Source: Phaeosaccion multiseriatum (Eukaryota > Protista > Ochrophyta, other classes). Taken from it: 64,000 nt of DNA. The stretch is from positions 744,001 to 808,000 of the forward strand of contig OZ218962.1 in assembly GCA_965112735.1 (NCBI GenBank). The letters run 5' to 3'. The notes beneath the pieces were generated by a model. It did not search any database. It saw only the letters and a program-made list of their open reading frames with translations, and had not been told where the DNA came from. This document shows, piece by piece, positions 16,405 through 30,600 of this stretch. The translations under genes were made by a program, and so were the position numbers. The first letter of the stretch is position 1; every line of letters begins with the position of its first letter.

Positions 16405-17130
16405 ACACACACAACACACGAGGTGAGGCTATACGGTCGACTCGCATGGCCAAGCACGCGGCCTTGAGTGGGGCCTGCACATCTCGAACTGACCGTACGC
16501 CGCGAACGGCACCAGCCCCTGCCCTTGATCCGCGCAAAGCTGCTGCCCCGCTTGTGCTCCTCCTCCTCCTCCTCGTCGTTGTCGTCGTCGTCCTGCTGCT
16601 CTGCTACTGCTGCTGCCGCTACTGCTGCTGCTGCTCGTGGTGGTGGTGGTGCTGTATCAACCCCCTTGGGATTTGTGCTGTATCCAGAGAGGAGCAAAAG
16701 CAAAAAGCAAAGACCCGACGGACCACCCCCGACGATTCTCTCTCTCTCTCCTCCCACTCTACGGCTCTCCCCTTCCTCCTCCTCGACGTTCTCTCGCTCT
16801 GACTTGTCGTCGTTCTCTCTCTTCACAGCTCGCCTACCGTTCGATACCGTGAATGACCACCAGAAGGGCAGTGGCTCCTTGTTTGTTCTAAAGTCAATCA
16901 CTTCACTGTCGCTCTGCCCGCCCAGCGACATGATTTCTCTCGCACCAAACTGATCAATCATCTCCTCACACCTCACCCCTCTCGCTGTCACCGACGCTCC
17001 TGACTGCGAAAGCTCATTCCCAACCCCCCCCCCACCCCCTTTCCCCTGAGGAGGACGCGGATGAAGAGCCGTGATGCCGTTCATTTCGGGGCACAGTTAC
17101 GTCATGTAGACACAAGTCGGTCAGGTCTGG

Positions 17131-17263
17131 CAAGGGTAACATCGAGAACATAACAGTCGTTCTCTTCAAGTGCCCTTGGGTATGGCCCAAAGGTAACATC
17201 AAGAACAGACAGTCGTTCTCTTCAACTACCCTTGGGTATGGCCATAACCAGCAGGTCTGTGCT
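17131..17263. repeat. Two tandem ~57-bp units, each an imperfect hairpin
   Basis: caagggtaacatcgagaac...gttctcttcaagtgcccttgggtatggcc is followed by a near copy; inverted pairs caaggg/cccttg and gagaac/gttctc. Confidence 0.75.
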
Positions 17264-17559
17264 CCTTCCGGCCTCCCTTTGTCAGGGACACATGTCCACA
17301 TGTACTACATGTATGATATGTCCACATGTACTACATGTATGGCGTGCAGAGGCTCTTCTTGGGCCCAAGAAAGGACCCCAACGTGAGGTACGTCATCCTC
17401 GGTCCCCTGCTCCTGCCCCTCATCTTCCACCCTCCGAGAGAGACATAAGAGAGAGGGAGGGAGGGAGGAAGGGAGGGTCTCCTCCTTTTCCTTCCCCTCC
17501 CCCCGCCTTCAGCCCGTCCCTACAGCTCGATCATGGCCTGTTGGTTGTACAGTCCTTTC

Positions 17560-20414
17560 CTATAGCTCGTTCTTGGCCTTGTTGGTTGCGCACTTGCCGT
17601 GGTGAAAGAGACCGTATATGAGGTTCTTGACAGCAACCGGTTTGTCAGACACCACGGCGTCCACCCCCGCCTGCGCCGCCACCACCAGCTGGGCCTCCTC
17701 GTCCACCACCCAGGCAATCACCTGTAACGGTGCGTTAACGGCGTGTGTAACGGCGCATTAACGGTGTGTGTAACGGTGTGGGTGTTGAGTTAGGAATGGC
17801 GACCGGGTTGGGGCAACATCATGTTAGCGAAAAGAAAAGGGGGAAGTGTCGCCTACGGTGCGTCTCACAGAAGGGGAGAGAGAGGTGGAGGGGGAAAGAG
17901 GGAGAGCGAGAGAGGGAGAGTGATGGGGGGACTGAGAGAAGAGAGAGAGAGAGGAAGGGAGGGAGGGAGAGAGAGCCATACAAGCACACTCACACACACA
18001 CACACCACCACCACCACCTACATCCGCACACGTATCACACACACATGTACATACAAACACACACACACACCTTCTTCCCTTTCCGTCGCATGGCATCAAC
18101 GTAGCCTTTGCCTCCCTCCCCCGCCAGCATATCAATCTGAGGCATACTCCCCCCCACCCCCTGGAACTGAGACGTGCTCCCGCCGGCCCCAAGGAAGCCG
18201 CGCATCATGTCCGTGGGCCCCAGCATATGCCGCGCCCCTCCCTCCGCCCCCTCTGCGCCCCCCTGGTCAGCAGTTGGATTAGCAGCGGCAGTAGTGGCGG
18301 CAGCGGTGGTGGTGGAGGTGGTGGTGCTGTGGTTGGGGCGCCGGATGCCCACAAAGACCTGAACGTCGTCGGACAACTTCCTTGCGTAACCCATCAGAGT
18401 CTGCCCCCCGCCCGTCTGACCCTGACCCGGACCCTCACTCTGAGCGGCGTCTTCTCTGAACACGAACGCTATTCTCTGTCCCATCGAAGTTGCTCGTGCC
18501 GCTTTCCAAACGGCGTCGATGCTCTCTTTGCACAGAGCAGCTCCTTTCAATTCCACGGTGAGCTCTAATTGCGGCACATGTGGGCATTCAATTATTGTTG
18601 TTTTGTTGTTGTTTTTTTGGTTTTTTTTTTGCGGAGCACAGAATCAAAGGAGGGAGGAGAAAGAGGAGACGGAGAGGGTCAATGAGTAGCGAGAGCAAGA
18701 GATGGTGAGAGAAGAGGGTCATTGAGTAATGCGAGTAAGAGATGGAGAGAGAAGAGGGTCATTGAGTAATGCGAGTAAGAGATGGAGAGAGGAGAGGGTC
18801 GTTGAGTAATGCGAGTAAGAGATGGAGAGAGGAGAGGGTCATTGAGTAATGCGAGTAAGAGATGGAGAGAGAAGAGGGTCATTGAGTAATGCGAGTAAGA
18901 GATGGAGAGAGGAGAGGGTCATTGAGTAATGCGAGTAAGAGATGGAGAGAGGAGAGGGTCGTTGAGTAATGCGAGTAAGAGATGGAGAGAGAAGAGGGTC
19001 ATTGAGTAATGCGAGTAAGAGATGGAGAGAGGAGAGGGTCGTTGAGTAATGCGAGTAAGAGATGGAGAGAGGAGAGGGTCATTGAGTAATGCGAGTAAGA
19101 GATGGAGAGAGGAGAGGGTCATTGAGTAATGCGAGTAAGAGATGGAGAGAGAAGAGGGTCATTGAGTAATGCGAGTAAGAGATGGAGAGAGGAGAGGGTC
19201 ATTGAGTAATGCGAGTAAGAGATGGAGAGAGGAGAGGGTCATTGAGTAATGCGAGTAAGAGATGGAGAGAGAAGAGGGTCATTGAGTAATGCGAGTAAGA
19301 GATGGAGAGAGAAGAGGGTCATTGAGTAATGCGAGTAAGAGATGGAGAGAGGAGAGGGTCGTTGAGTAATGCGAGTAAGAGATGGAGAGAGGAGAGGGTC
19401 GTTGAGTAATGCGAGTAAGAGATGGAGAGAGGAGAGGGTCATTGAGTAATGCGAGTAAGAGATGGAGAGAGGAGAGGGTCATTGAGTAATGCGAGTAAGA
19501 GATGGAGAGAGGAGAGGGTCATTGAGTAATGCGAGTAAGAGATGGAGAGAGAAGAGGGTCATTGAGTAATGCGAGTAAGAGATGGAGAGAGGAGAGGGTC
19601 GTTGAGTAATGCGAGTAAGAGATGGAGAGAGGAGAGGGTCGTTGAGTAATGCGAGTAAGAGATGGAGAGAGGAGAGGGTCATTGAGTAATGCGAGTAAGA
19701 GATGGAGAGAGGAGAGGGTCATTGAGTAATGCGAGTAAGAGATGGAGAGAGGAGAGGGTCATTGAGTAATGCGAGTAAGAGATGGAGAGAGGAGAGGGTC
19801 GTTGAGTAATGCGAGTAAGAGATGGAGAGAGGAGAGGGAGCGGGTCGGGGCGGGGCTGCACCAAAGAAAGCACTTTACAAGCCGAGTCGTCGGAGGAGGG
19901 AAAAGGGGGAGGGCCTGGTAAGGCAATAAAACGCAGGGCCTCTGACGGCACACAGCAACTGTCGGGTAAGGCCCTTAAGAGGGGGCGAGAGACAGAACGG
20001 ATGAGAAGGAACGAACGAACGAACGAATGGGGAGTACACCGAGAAGGAAGGAACGACTACGTTCTCTAACCTGGAAGCTTCTTGAGCCCCCCCTGGGCGG
20101 ACGAGCAACGGTACAATGACATCGCCACAAGAAAATCCTCCACGGTGGGAAAGGGGAAGGCTGTCGGCGACCAGCAGCCAGACGCAACACAAGACACAGA
20201 AAAGGGGGGTTGGTGGGAGGATCCCGGCAAGGAGAGCGGGGTGAGGCAAGAGGTTGTCAGATCGCGAGATAATACCAGACACACTGATTGACTGACGGAC
20301 ACACATACACACAGGTACACAGACACACGTCCAGCCAAAGTCAATGAATGAACGCAGCATAGCAGCAGCATATGAGCCAGCCATACAGAAAGTGGTCCAG
20401 TGAACGCGCACACT

Positions 20415-20471
<57 letters not shown>

Positions 20472-21624
20472 CGCGCTCGTTTCCTTCCCTCTCACCTGCC
20501 GTTTCGCTGTCACTCAGCCAGAACTTGCGCCGCACGGCCGCTTCGAAGTCTTCCCTGTCCATCCCTCTCAACACCTCCAAAGCTGCCGTCGAGTCCCCCC
20601 CCTCCACTGCCGCAGCCGCTGCTTGGGCGAGTTGCGCCTGCTGAGAAGTTTCTCGGCGGCCAGGAACTGCTCCCCAGGAGTCGCCTTTGGTCTTGAGGGC
20701 CTGAGCCATAGCGAGGGGGTGCCCCACCAACAGGGTTCCGTCCTTCAGTTTCACGATATCCACGTCCAATCTGTGCGGATGGGAAGGGGCGGGTGGATGG
20801 TGGGGTGGGGTTCGGTGGGTGTTCATTCGGGGCGGGGAGTGGGGGACGTGGTGGTGATACCTACTGACACCTCCTTGTCTGTCTTAAGCACCCGATACCT
20901 GCAGATGCCTCCTTCCCTAAGTTTCTGGAGGGCGCTGATTGACCCCGCGTTGACGTGTTGTTGCCTGGCGCTCCCTCCAAATTTGATCTTGCGGAGCTTT
21001 GGGGCTCCTCTGCCGTGGTGCGACATCACTGTATTCAGTATTTTGGCGTTTTGGCGTCAAGAGAGAGCAAGTGTAACCGAGCAGGAGAGGGGCGGCGCAA
21101 GGGACGAAAGGGGGAGAACAGGAGATGACATGGATGTGGTTACGTACTTCTCTTACGAGCCAGGATTGATTGCATTCCTCCAGCGTCCTGTATCCATCAT
21201 CCAGCAGCTTCGCTTGTTCTTCATTGTTTTTCATTCCTCCTAAACTCCTTTCCTTACCTTCTATTCTCTTGAGGGCGGCACAGGGAACTTCCTCCGGGCG
21301 CAGCGCAAACATGTTGAGTTTGTTGTGTCTGTGCACGGCCCACTCCACAGACTTGGCCACCACGATCAAGAGCACCACAATCACCATGGCCTTTCCCATT
21401 TCCGTGAGGCCTCCCTCACCAGGTGAAGGAGAGGAGTCCGAAGAGGACGACCTGGAACGCGAGGCTGCTCCTCTACTTCCCGACGCCTCGTCCAGTCTCC
21501 TCCTTCTCCTCCCTCTATGCTCCTGCTGCGGCTCATCGCGTCGGTCGCGCTGCCTCCAGTTGTCCGCGTCCTGCTGATCATCCACCCATTCACTCGTAGA
21601 GAACGTTCGCCGTCCTTGACTCAT
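17560..21624 (-). CDS. Glycerophosphodiester phosphodiesterase (GDPD)-family protein with N-terminal transmembrane anchor, 6 exons
   Basis: TM segment MVIVVLLIVVAKSV, then GDPD motifs in canonical order: MSHHG, NAGSISALQKL..GG, LDVDIVKLKDGTLLVGHP, FPTVEDFL, TVELKG, KVIAWVVDE...AGVDAVVSDKP. Splice phases are consistent from exon 2 onward. Confidence 0.85.
18680..19838. repeat. 40-bp intronic minisatellite, about 29 copies
   Basis: Unit RTTGAGTAATGCGAGTAAGAGATGGAGAGAGRAGAGGGTC with two biallelic sites; lies inside GDPD intron 4. Confidence 0.97.
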
Positions 21625-21790
21625 CGCCGCGGCACACAGAGAGAGAGAGAGGAAAGGTTGTTGAGCGAGGAGAGAAGAAGGAGGAGGTAATGAGATGGCG
21701 GCCGGCCGGGGGGGGCTGTCACAGATGGCGTTTGATGGCACTGGATGGTGACAGTTTCAACAATCTCGGGCTCTACCCACAAGAGTAACT

Positions 21791-23378
<1,588 letters not shown>

Positions 23379-23642
23379 TCAAGTGATGTGAAGCGAGTCG
23401 GGCCACACATACACGCTCAATGATGGGTGGGTGGGTGATGGGGAGCCAGTCAATCCCCACCCCACACAGGCCTCAAGAACTTGCTCTGGATCGATGTGGT
23501 CCTGGTGCTGGTCCTGAGAGCTGCCTCGATCTGGTGTGGACGCCGATCCAGACGGGATGGTAGTAGATGGACTGCAGGGACGTCTTCTGGCTTCGTCGGA
23601 AGGAGTATGGGCTGTGCTTGAGGTGGAGAGGGGCAAGCAGCA

Positions 23643-24178
23643 TCATCGAGGTGAGCGCGGCTGTGCGCGTGCGCTTGGGCTCTTGTGACGAGACTCCGTT
23701 GTGGAGCTTTCCTTTGGCTGTCTATCGGTGCTGGCCGGGGTAGTCGCCACGGGGACGGGGAGGGAGGGAGGGAGGGAAGGAGGGAAGGAGGGAGGGAGGG
23801 AGGGAGGGAGGGAGGGAGGAAGGCAGGGAGGGAGGGAGGAAGGGACTAAGAGGAGAGAGGAGCAGTTGTGGACGGTGCGTAGTGAGATGTAGTGAGAGGA
23901 GGAACGGACAAGAGGCAGATTATGGAGGGAATGGGTGGCAAAAGCAGCACCGGTACCAGCAGCACAGCACAGCTGGAGCGAGGCCGGCCTTGGCCGACAG
24001 GTAATTTTCATACAAACAATTCCTCGGCAACATACACACCCACCACTCCAAAAGGGAAGCTAGCAACTATCCTAGACTACGTCCCCATATTGAGGGGTAT
24101 ATTAGAGCTTATGAGCTCGGAGTACGGTAATTGTGGCAAGCATAGGCGCCCTCTCTGCCCACACCGCACAACCCACTC

Positions 24179-24227
<49 letters not shown>

Positions 24228-27200
24228 GCTTCGAGCGTGGAACGTCTACGCCGAACCCCACACCTTGTCTGAGGACAGCAGGAGATCCATGCTCTTTCCT
24301 TCCCCTCCCTCCCCCTCCGCGTTTGAATGCTTTGGTCGACTACTCTGCTGGTGCTGCTGCTGCTGCTGCTGCCGCGTCCCTCCTCCTTGACTCTGCTGGC
24401 TACTCCTCCTGGATAACGAGGAGCTGCCCCCCGTCTCTCCTCCTCCACCGCCGCCGCTGCTGCTGCTGCTGCTGCTCGCCCCCTTGCTTCCCTTCCTACT
24501 TCTCGTACTGCTAACCCTCCGCTGCTCTCTACTACTGCTATTGTTCCTACTGCCACTGCTTCCCGCCGTCCCTTCACGAGGCGTCAGACTCCTCCCCCCC
24601 CCCCCCCTCCTCCTCCTCCTCCTCCTCCTCCTCCTTCCACCTCGTCGTCCCCCCCGCCACGAGGTGTGCCACTCGCACCAGCCGTGACCTGAGCCTGAGC
24701 CTGACTCCTCCCACCGCTGCTATGCTGCCCTCCCGACGCAGAGTCCGGCCCCGCCCCGTCCACTGCCATCCCCCCCCCTGGGGAGGACGACATCATCATA
24801 TCCGCATACATGCCCCTGTAAGAGCTGTCTTGCCGGCATGACTGAGCCATTTCCTCCAGAGACACGCTGTTGCGCCGCCCCCGTCGTTGCGCTCCCAATG
24901 GCAATGCGTCCCCTCCACCGCTTGCTGCCGCTGTTGGACTCGTAGTGCCGGTTGTGGTCGTCTTGGTCGGGTTTTGGTGGTGATGGTGATGATGGTGGTG
25001 ATGGTGGCCATCGTCGCCGCTCCGATCGCTACGATCATGGTGATGGCGGTGACTGTTGTGACGATGATGATGATGATGATGATGTTGATTGTGCTGATCC
25101 TTCTCCTGATGATGGTGCTGATGCCGATGATGATGCTGCTGATGATGATGATGTTCATCGGAGCCGAGTCCTCCCAAGTCGAGCCCTCCTTCTCCTCTCC
25201 CGCTGCCCCGCCTCGCTGCTGCATTGTGGCGGAGGTTGGCGCTCGGTCTCCTTTCTCCTCCTCCCCCCCGCCTCGAGCTTGGCCGAGCCTGCGTGGCCAT
25301 CGCCGGGGCCCCTAACGCTGCGGGTATAGGGCCTCCTCCTCCTCCTGATCCTCCTCCTCCTCCTCCTCCTCCTCCTCCTCCTCCTCCTCCTCCTCCTCCT
25401 CCTCCTCCCCCATAGGTACCCAGAGCTACTGCTGCTGCTGTATCACCAACTGTTACTGTATCACCAACTGTTACTGTATCACCAACTGCTGCTGCTGCTG
25501 GGGAATGGGCCAGTCCCCTCGGGGAAGCCACTCCTCCCCCGGGGAAACCGCTACTATCACTATCGGGGACAGGACCTCGAGACACACTCAGGACCCGACG
25601 AGAATCACGCGCGCTCTCCCCTCCCGCCCCCCCTCCTCCCCCTCCCGCCCCCCCAGCTGCCGCCTGCCTGCTACTTCCACGTGGTCTTGATGGCTCCATG
25701 GAGGTGGGCGTGCTTCCCCCGCTCCCTGCCCCCCCTCCTGCCCCCACCCCACTGCCACCCCCCCTGTTGCCGCTGTTGCCGTTGCTATTGCTATTGCTGT
25801 TGCTATTGCCGCGCTCGCCCTCTCGACTGTGAGTGCCCCCTCTATGACTATTGCTGCTACCGCTCCCCCCTGTAGCTCCGTTGATGGCCAGAGGCAGGGA
25901 GTCTCGAAGGCGTGCTGCTGCCCCTTCCCCTACCCCCTCCCTACTCGAGGCCCGAAGGGAGGAGGCAGAAGAACCCATCACCAGACCCTCTACCCTGGGG
26001 GATTCCACCCCGGGAGTCGCTGCTGCCACCGGAGTAGCGGCAGAAGTAGTAGAGGCATCATAAGCGACACTTTCGCTCGGCCCTAGCTCAAGCAATTCCC
26101 CTTCCCCGTGCAACGCCCCTGACCCCCCTTCCCCGAGCGACGGAAGCTTCTTCGGTGCGTCTGCAGACACCCTCCGACGAAAGTGCGGATTGTAATTCAT
26201 GCCCCGGGGGGTCAGCTCTTGTTCGCCACTCAGCAGGAGCTCTCCCCCCTCCTCGCCCCTCTCAGGAAGCCCCCCTCCGCCGCCGCTGGCATCGCCCCTA
26301 CTCCTGGCCCTGCTGCCAGACCTGCTGCTGCTGACAGGAGAGAGAGAGCGAGGGGGCGTCATCGACTCGAGGCTTGGCAGGGCATGACCAGTCTCCTCTG
26401 CTGCTGTATCACCAACTGCTGCACCAGCAGCTGCTTCTACTCGTGCTGCTCTTGCTGCTACTCCTGCTGCTTCTGCTGCTCCAGCTGCTCCAGCTGACAA
26501 TAAGCCTGCGCCGACAGAAGCTGCAGCGCTCTCCTCCACGTATGATACCTGCACTGGCCCACCTCCTTCTCCTCCTCGTCCTTGTCCTCCTCCTACTGGA
26601 TCAGCACGTGAGGGTGCCTCTTCCGGCAGCGTCTCATGAGTAGAAGGAGGTATTGCCATGGCCCCTGTGACAGTTACTCGTCTAGCCGCTGCTGGGGATC
26701 GAGCCTCGGCGGCAGCAGCGACTGTCGCGGCCATGTCCCCTCCTGCCGAGGGAGACGGTGTGGCGGCGCTGCCCCTTCGAGCGGCGTTGAGCTTGGCCAA
26801 CAGCTCCTCCTTCTGCTTCTGCCGCCGCCGGTCCCGCTCCTCGTAGGCCTTTGGGGGGGCGGAGGAGAACAAGTAGGAGGAGGGTGGGTGATAAGGAACG
26901 ATTGAATGTTGGCCTGTTCAGGTATATGGTGCGATGGTGCTGGAGACACCATTCTCTAGAAGGACATTGCCCCCTACTCCTCCTGGCATGCAACAGGCCC
27001 TCCTCTCCCCTCCTGCTCTCAAGTTAAATCGCTTCTTCTGGAGAGTCCATGCTCTCGAAACACACACCGACTCCGTCCCGTCTTCCTCCTCCTCCTGGCA
27101 ACGAGGCCCTCCCCTCCTCCGTTGGCTCACCTTCAGTGTCTCTTTCATGTTGTCCGGCAAGTCTGCGGCATCCTTCCACTCTGTGCCATACCGGCCCGCC

Positions 27201-27268
27201 ACATCGGCCACAAGCTTGGCTACCTTTGAAGACGTCTGGCCCTCCCCACTTTCCACTGATGTCGCCAT
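23643..27268 (-). CDS. Large low-complexity (Gly/Ser/His/Ala-rich) protein; apparent frameshift at a homopolymer; 3' end uncertain
   Basis: Exon 1 MATSVESGEG...MKETLK (27131-27268, donor GTGAGC); 762-codon ORF 24584-26872; coding-like sequence continues in another frame past the C14 run at ~24594-24607 to a donor near 24264. Confidence 0.55.
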
Positions 27269-27635
27269 GATGGGGTACCGCCGAGAAGAGAGTCAAGCAC
27301 CGAGTGATCGAGGGAAGGATCCAAGGCCTCCGGAGTAGACAAGCCGATTTCTACTGCCCTACCTCAACTAAAGACGGCATGGTCCATGTGCGCATGGTCC
27401 CCTCTTCAGTCGCCTCCTAGGCGTGGGATTTGTTAGGCGTGGTGGGGGCATACGAACAAGATTTGAAACCGTAAAAAAAGAGGAGGAGCCCCCGTCGTCG
27501 GAAAATCCTCCTTCTCGTGTTTGATGATCCGTGTTTTATCTACAGCTCGTATAAAGAGAGGAGAGAAAGGTTGCAGAGCTAACTGTCGGCGAGCCCATTC
27601 CTGCATGGGCCGCGAAAAAATGGGTACCTTCACCT

Positions 27636-30600
27636 CTAAAGAAGGTACAGCGACTGAGCGCCCATGAGGGGTCTTCCCCGTCTCATGAGCCACTCTTGAA
27701 CAACCGAGTCTTCCTCTACCACCACCACCTCATCCTCCTCCTCCTCCTCCTCCTCCTCTTCTTCTTCTTCCCTCCCCTCCTCCTCCTCCGCCTCCTCTTC
27801 CACCACCTCATCGTTCCCGTCCTCCTCCTCCTCCTCCTCCTCCTCCTCCTCCTCCTCCACTTCCAGACCGGCACCCACACGCCCCGCCTTAATGCTACAC
27901 ACGTGCCCAGCGGGAGCAATGAGCTGCAAGCGCACTGTCCCCGCCACACACCCTTTAGCAGTTGTGCCACCCCAGTCGTCGCCATCCTGCAGAACCGCAG
28001 CAGACGCCAGCAGACCATCAGCACCGACACCACCACCACCACCAGCTGCGGTGGCAAGGGCTGTGGCAGCAGCAGTAGATATTTCTCCTCCTTCTCCTCC
28101 TCCTCCTCCTGTCACCCCCTCTGCCCTGGGGGTCAGGACCGGGTAGAAGCGAAACGCCTCGAAGGCTTGCTCTTGCTGTTGGGTACCCCCTCCACCCCCC
28201 TCCACATCCACATCGCCTTGACCTCCACCTCCACCCCCTCGCCCCAACACCACGCTACCCAGGGCTCCTGCCAGCCTGCACACGAGCTGGGGCTGGGGGT
28301 GAAGGAAGAGCTTCGCGTCGTCGCCCTGCAAGCGTGTAACGGCCGCCACTGTCCTCAGCATGTCTCCCACCCGCCCTTGCTCGTAGTGCACTCTTCTCCT
28401 CTTCGACGTCCTCTTTGCTGCGACTAGAGCGCTGCTGGTGCTGGTGCTGGTGCTGCTCGAGGATGAAGAGACCGCAGGGAGAAGCATTTCCACCATGGCA
28501 GGCTTCTCGCCCGCCTCAGCTGCAGCGCTAGATTCGTCAGACTCAATTCCACCCCCTCCTCCTCCTCCTGCGACTCCCTGCACTCCCACCGCCAAAGCCC
28601 TTCCGCGCACCTCCACTGCTACGCCATTCGCGCATACGTGCAGCACGCCATCACTACCGCAGGTCACAGAGAGGTTAGCGTGGCCGGCGTGGGCAGTAGG
28701 TCGTCCGTCCTCTCTCTCTCTCACCCTCCGCGGCTGAATGAGCAGCGTGATTCTCTCCAATCCCCCCGGCCAGAGCAGAGAAGAAAGGGCTCCGTCCACT
28801 TCGCCGGAGGGCGCAAGCTCTTCCCTGCCCTCGAGCAACAGCCCTCGCTCCACCTGCACTTGCCGCAGCACCAACTGGTCCTGCTGCTGCTGCTGCTGCT
28901 GCTGAGCGACCGCGTCCGCCGCCGCGTCCTGTGCCTGCTCGCCTTTGGCCGTCTTGTCTCCGTCAATAACAGGAGTCGCAGCAGCAGGTGGTGGTACAGC
29001 AGCAGGAGCTACCCCAGAAGGGGCGGCCGCTACCGCACGCTTCTGGCCCCGTCGACTGCTGGTACTCTCCTCCCTGTCCCTTCCCTCCTCCTCCCCCACC
29101 TCCCTCCTGCTGGAGCCGGCAGAGGCGGAAGGGGGCGGGGGAGACCGTGCAGCCGCAGCAGCAGCAGCAGCAGCAGTACCAGTCTTCTCGAAAGCCGCGC
29201 ACGCCGAGGAGGAGCGCTTCTTGTGGAGCGCGCTGCGTCGTCTCGCTGCCAAACCAAAGAAGCCCTTCGCCTTGGCCGGGCTTCGCTTCTGAGCACCGCC
29301 GCCGCCACTTACGCCCGTTACGCCCGTTACGCCCGTTGCGAGGAGAGAAAAGCTCACAGTGTTGCCCCCTGCTTTCCACGCAGAGACATCCACCGCACGC
29401 GGACTACGTTGACGCTGTTGGTTTTCCTTGTTATCCACACCACCACCCCCACCTCCAGCAGCAGCAGGAGCAGCCCCAGTGTCCTCCTTGGCCCGCTTCT
29501 CCTTCTCCAACTCCTTCCTTCGCTTCTTCTGCGCCGGAGCCCCCCCCCTCCCGCCAGACTTGTCGCCCCCATTCGGTGTGACTCCTCCTCCTCCCCCTCC
29601 CCCTCGACCGCCGTAGAACTTGTCAAACTGCCTCCGGACCTCGTCCGAGATGCTCAGCCTCAAACCTCTCAGCTTTTCCTTGTCCTCCCTTTCCCTGAGC
29701 TGTCTTGCCTCCCTCCTCTTACGCGCAAGCAGCCGGTCCGCCTCCGCCGAGTCTCCAATCTCTTGCTCCTCCCTCTCCTCCTTAAGTGCTTCCTCCCGAA
29801 GCCTCTTCTCGTGTTGGGCCTCCTGTGCCGCCCGGCGCTCCCTCTCTTTCTGCATGGCCACCTGAGCGATTTTGCTCCGCTCTGACTCGCTTCTCTGACG
29901 GGCCTCGTGCTCCTTGGACCGGGACCTCCTCTCATTCTTCCTTTGAATGTCGGCCTTGCCCGCTCTGTCGAGCACTTCGATACTGTATGTCGAGGCCACT
30001 TGGTCCTCCATGATCTTCTCCATCGTCATCGCGTTCTCCACGACCTCCGCGGACACTTTGTCGATTTCCTGCCGTACCGTGCAGTGCCATCCATGAAAAA
30101 ATCGGATGAGAAAAGGGGAATATCATGTCAAACGTCAAATGTGTGTGGCCTTCTTCCACTCCCTCATGCACATTGCCACAAACAGGCGTTAACTCTCTAA
30201 CCTCCTCCTCCTCCTCCTCCTCCTCCTCCTCCTCCTCCTCCTCCTCCTCCTCCTCCTCCAACAAGAACAACCACCACCACCACAGCCCCAACCAACAACA
30301 AAAACACAGAGAGACCCAAAGCACAAGCCCCTCCTTCTCTCCTCACCTTCCTCGGCCCGTTGTACTCCACCGCATTTGTGACAATCAGCCTCAAATCCTC
30401 CAAGAAGTCCCCGTGATTGGGATACTCGTCTGCCTCCAGCTTCCGCGTCACAGTGTCCAGGTCAGAAGGCGTCGCAACAATAGTGAGATAGTCCGGTACG
30501 ATGCGGATGTCGACAGGCACTTGGAAGTACCCCATGGCGTGACAGGCTCGAAGCTTGCCGAGGAGCTTCCTGGGCTCTCTCTTGTTGTCGGCTGGCGACG

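Noticed and set aside
18679-19951. Repeated 67-aa ORFs (MTLSSLHLLLALLNDP...)
   Set aside because: Artefacts of the 40-bp intronic minisatellite.
24584-24610. Programmed frameshift or true stop in the low-complexity gene
   Set aside because: The shift falls in a C14 homopolymer, so a sequencing or assembly indel is the simpler explanation.
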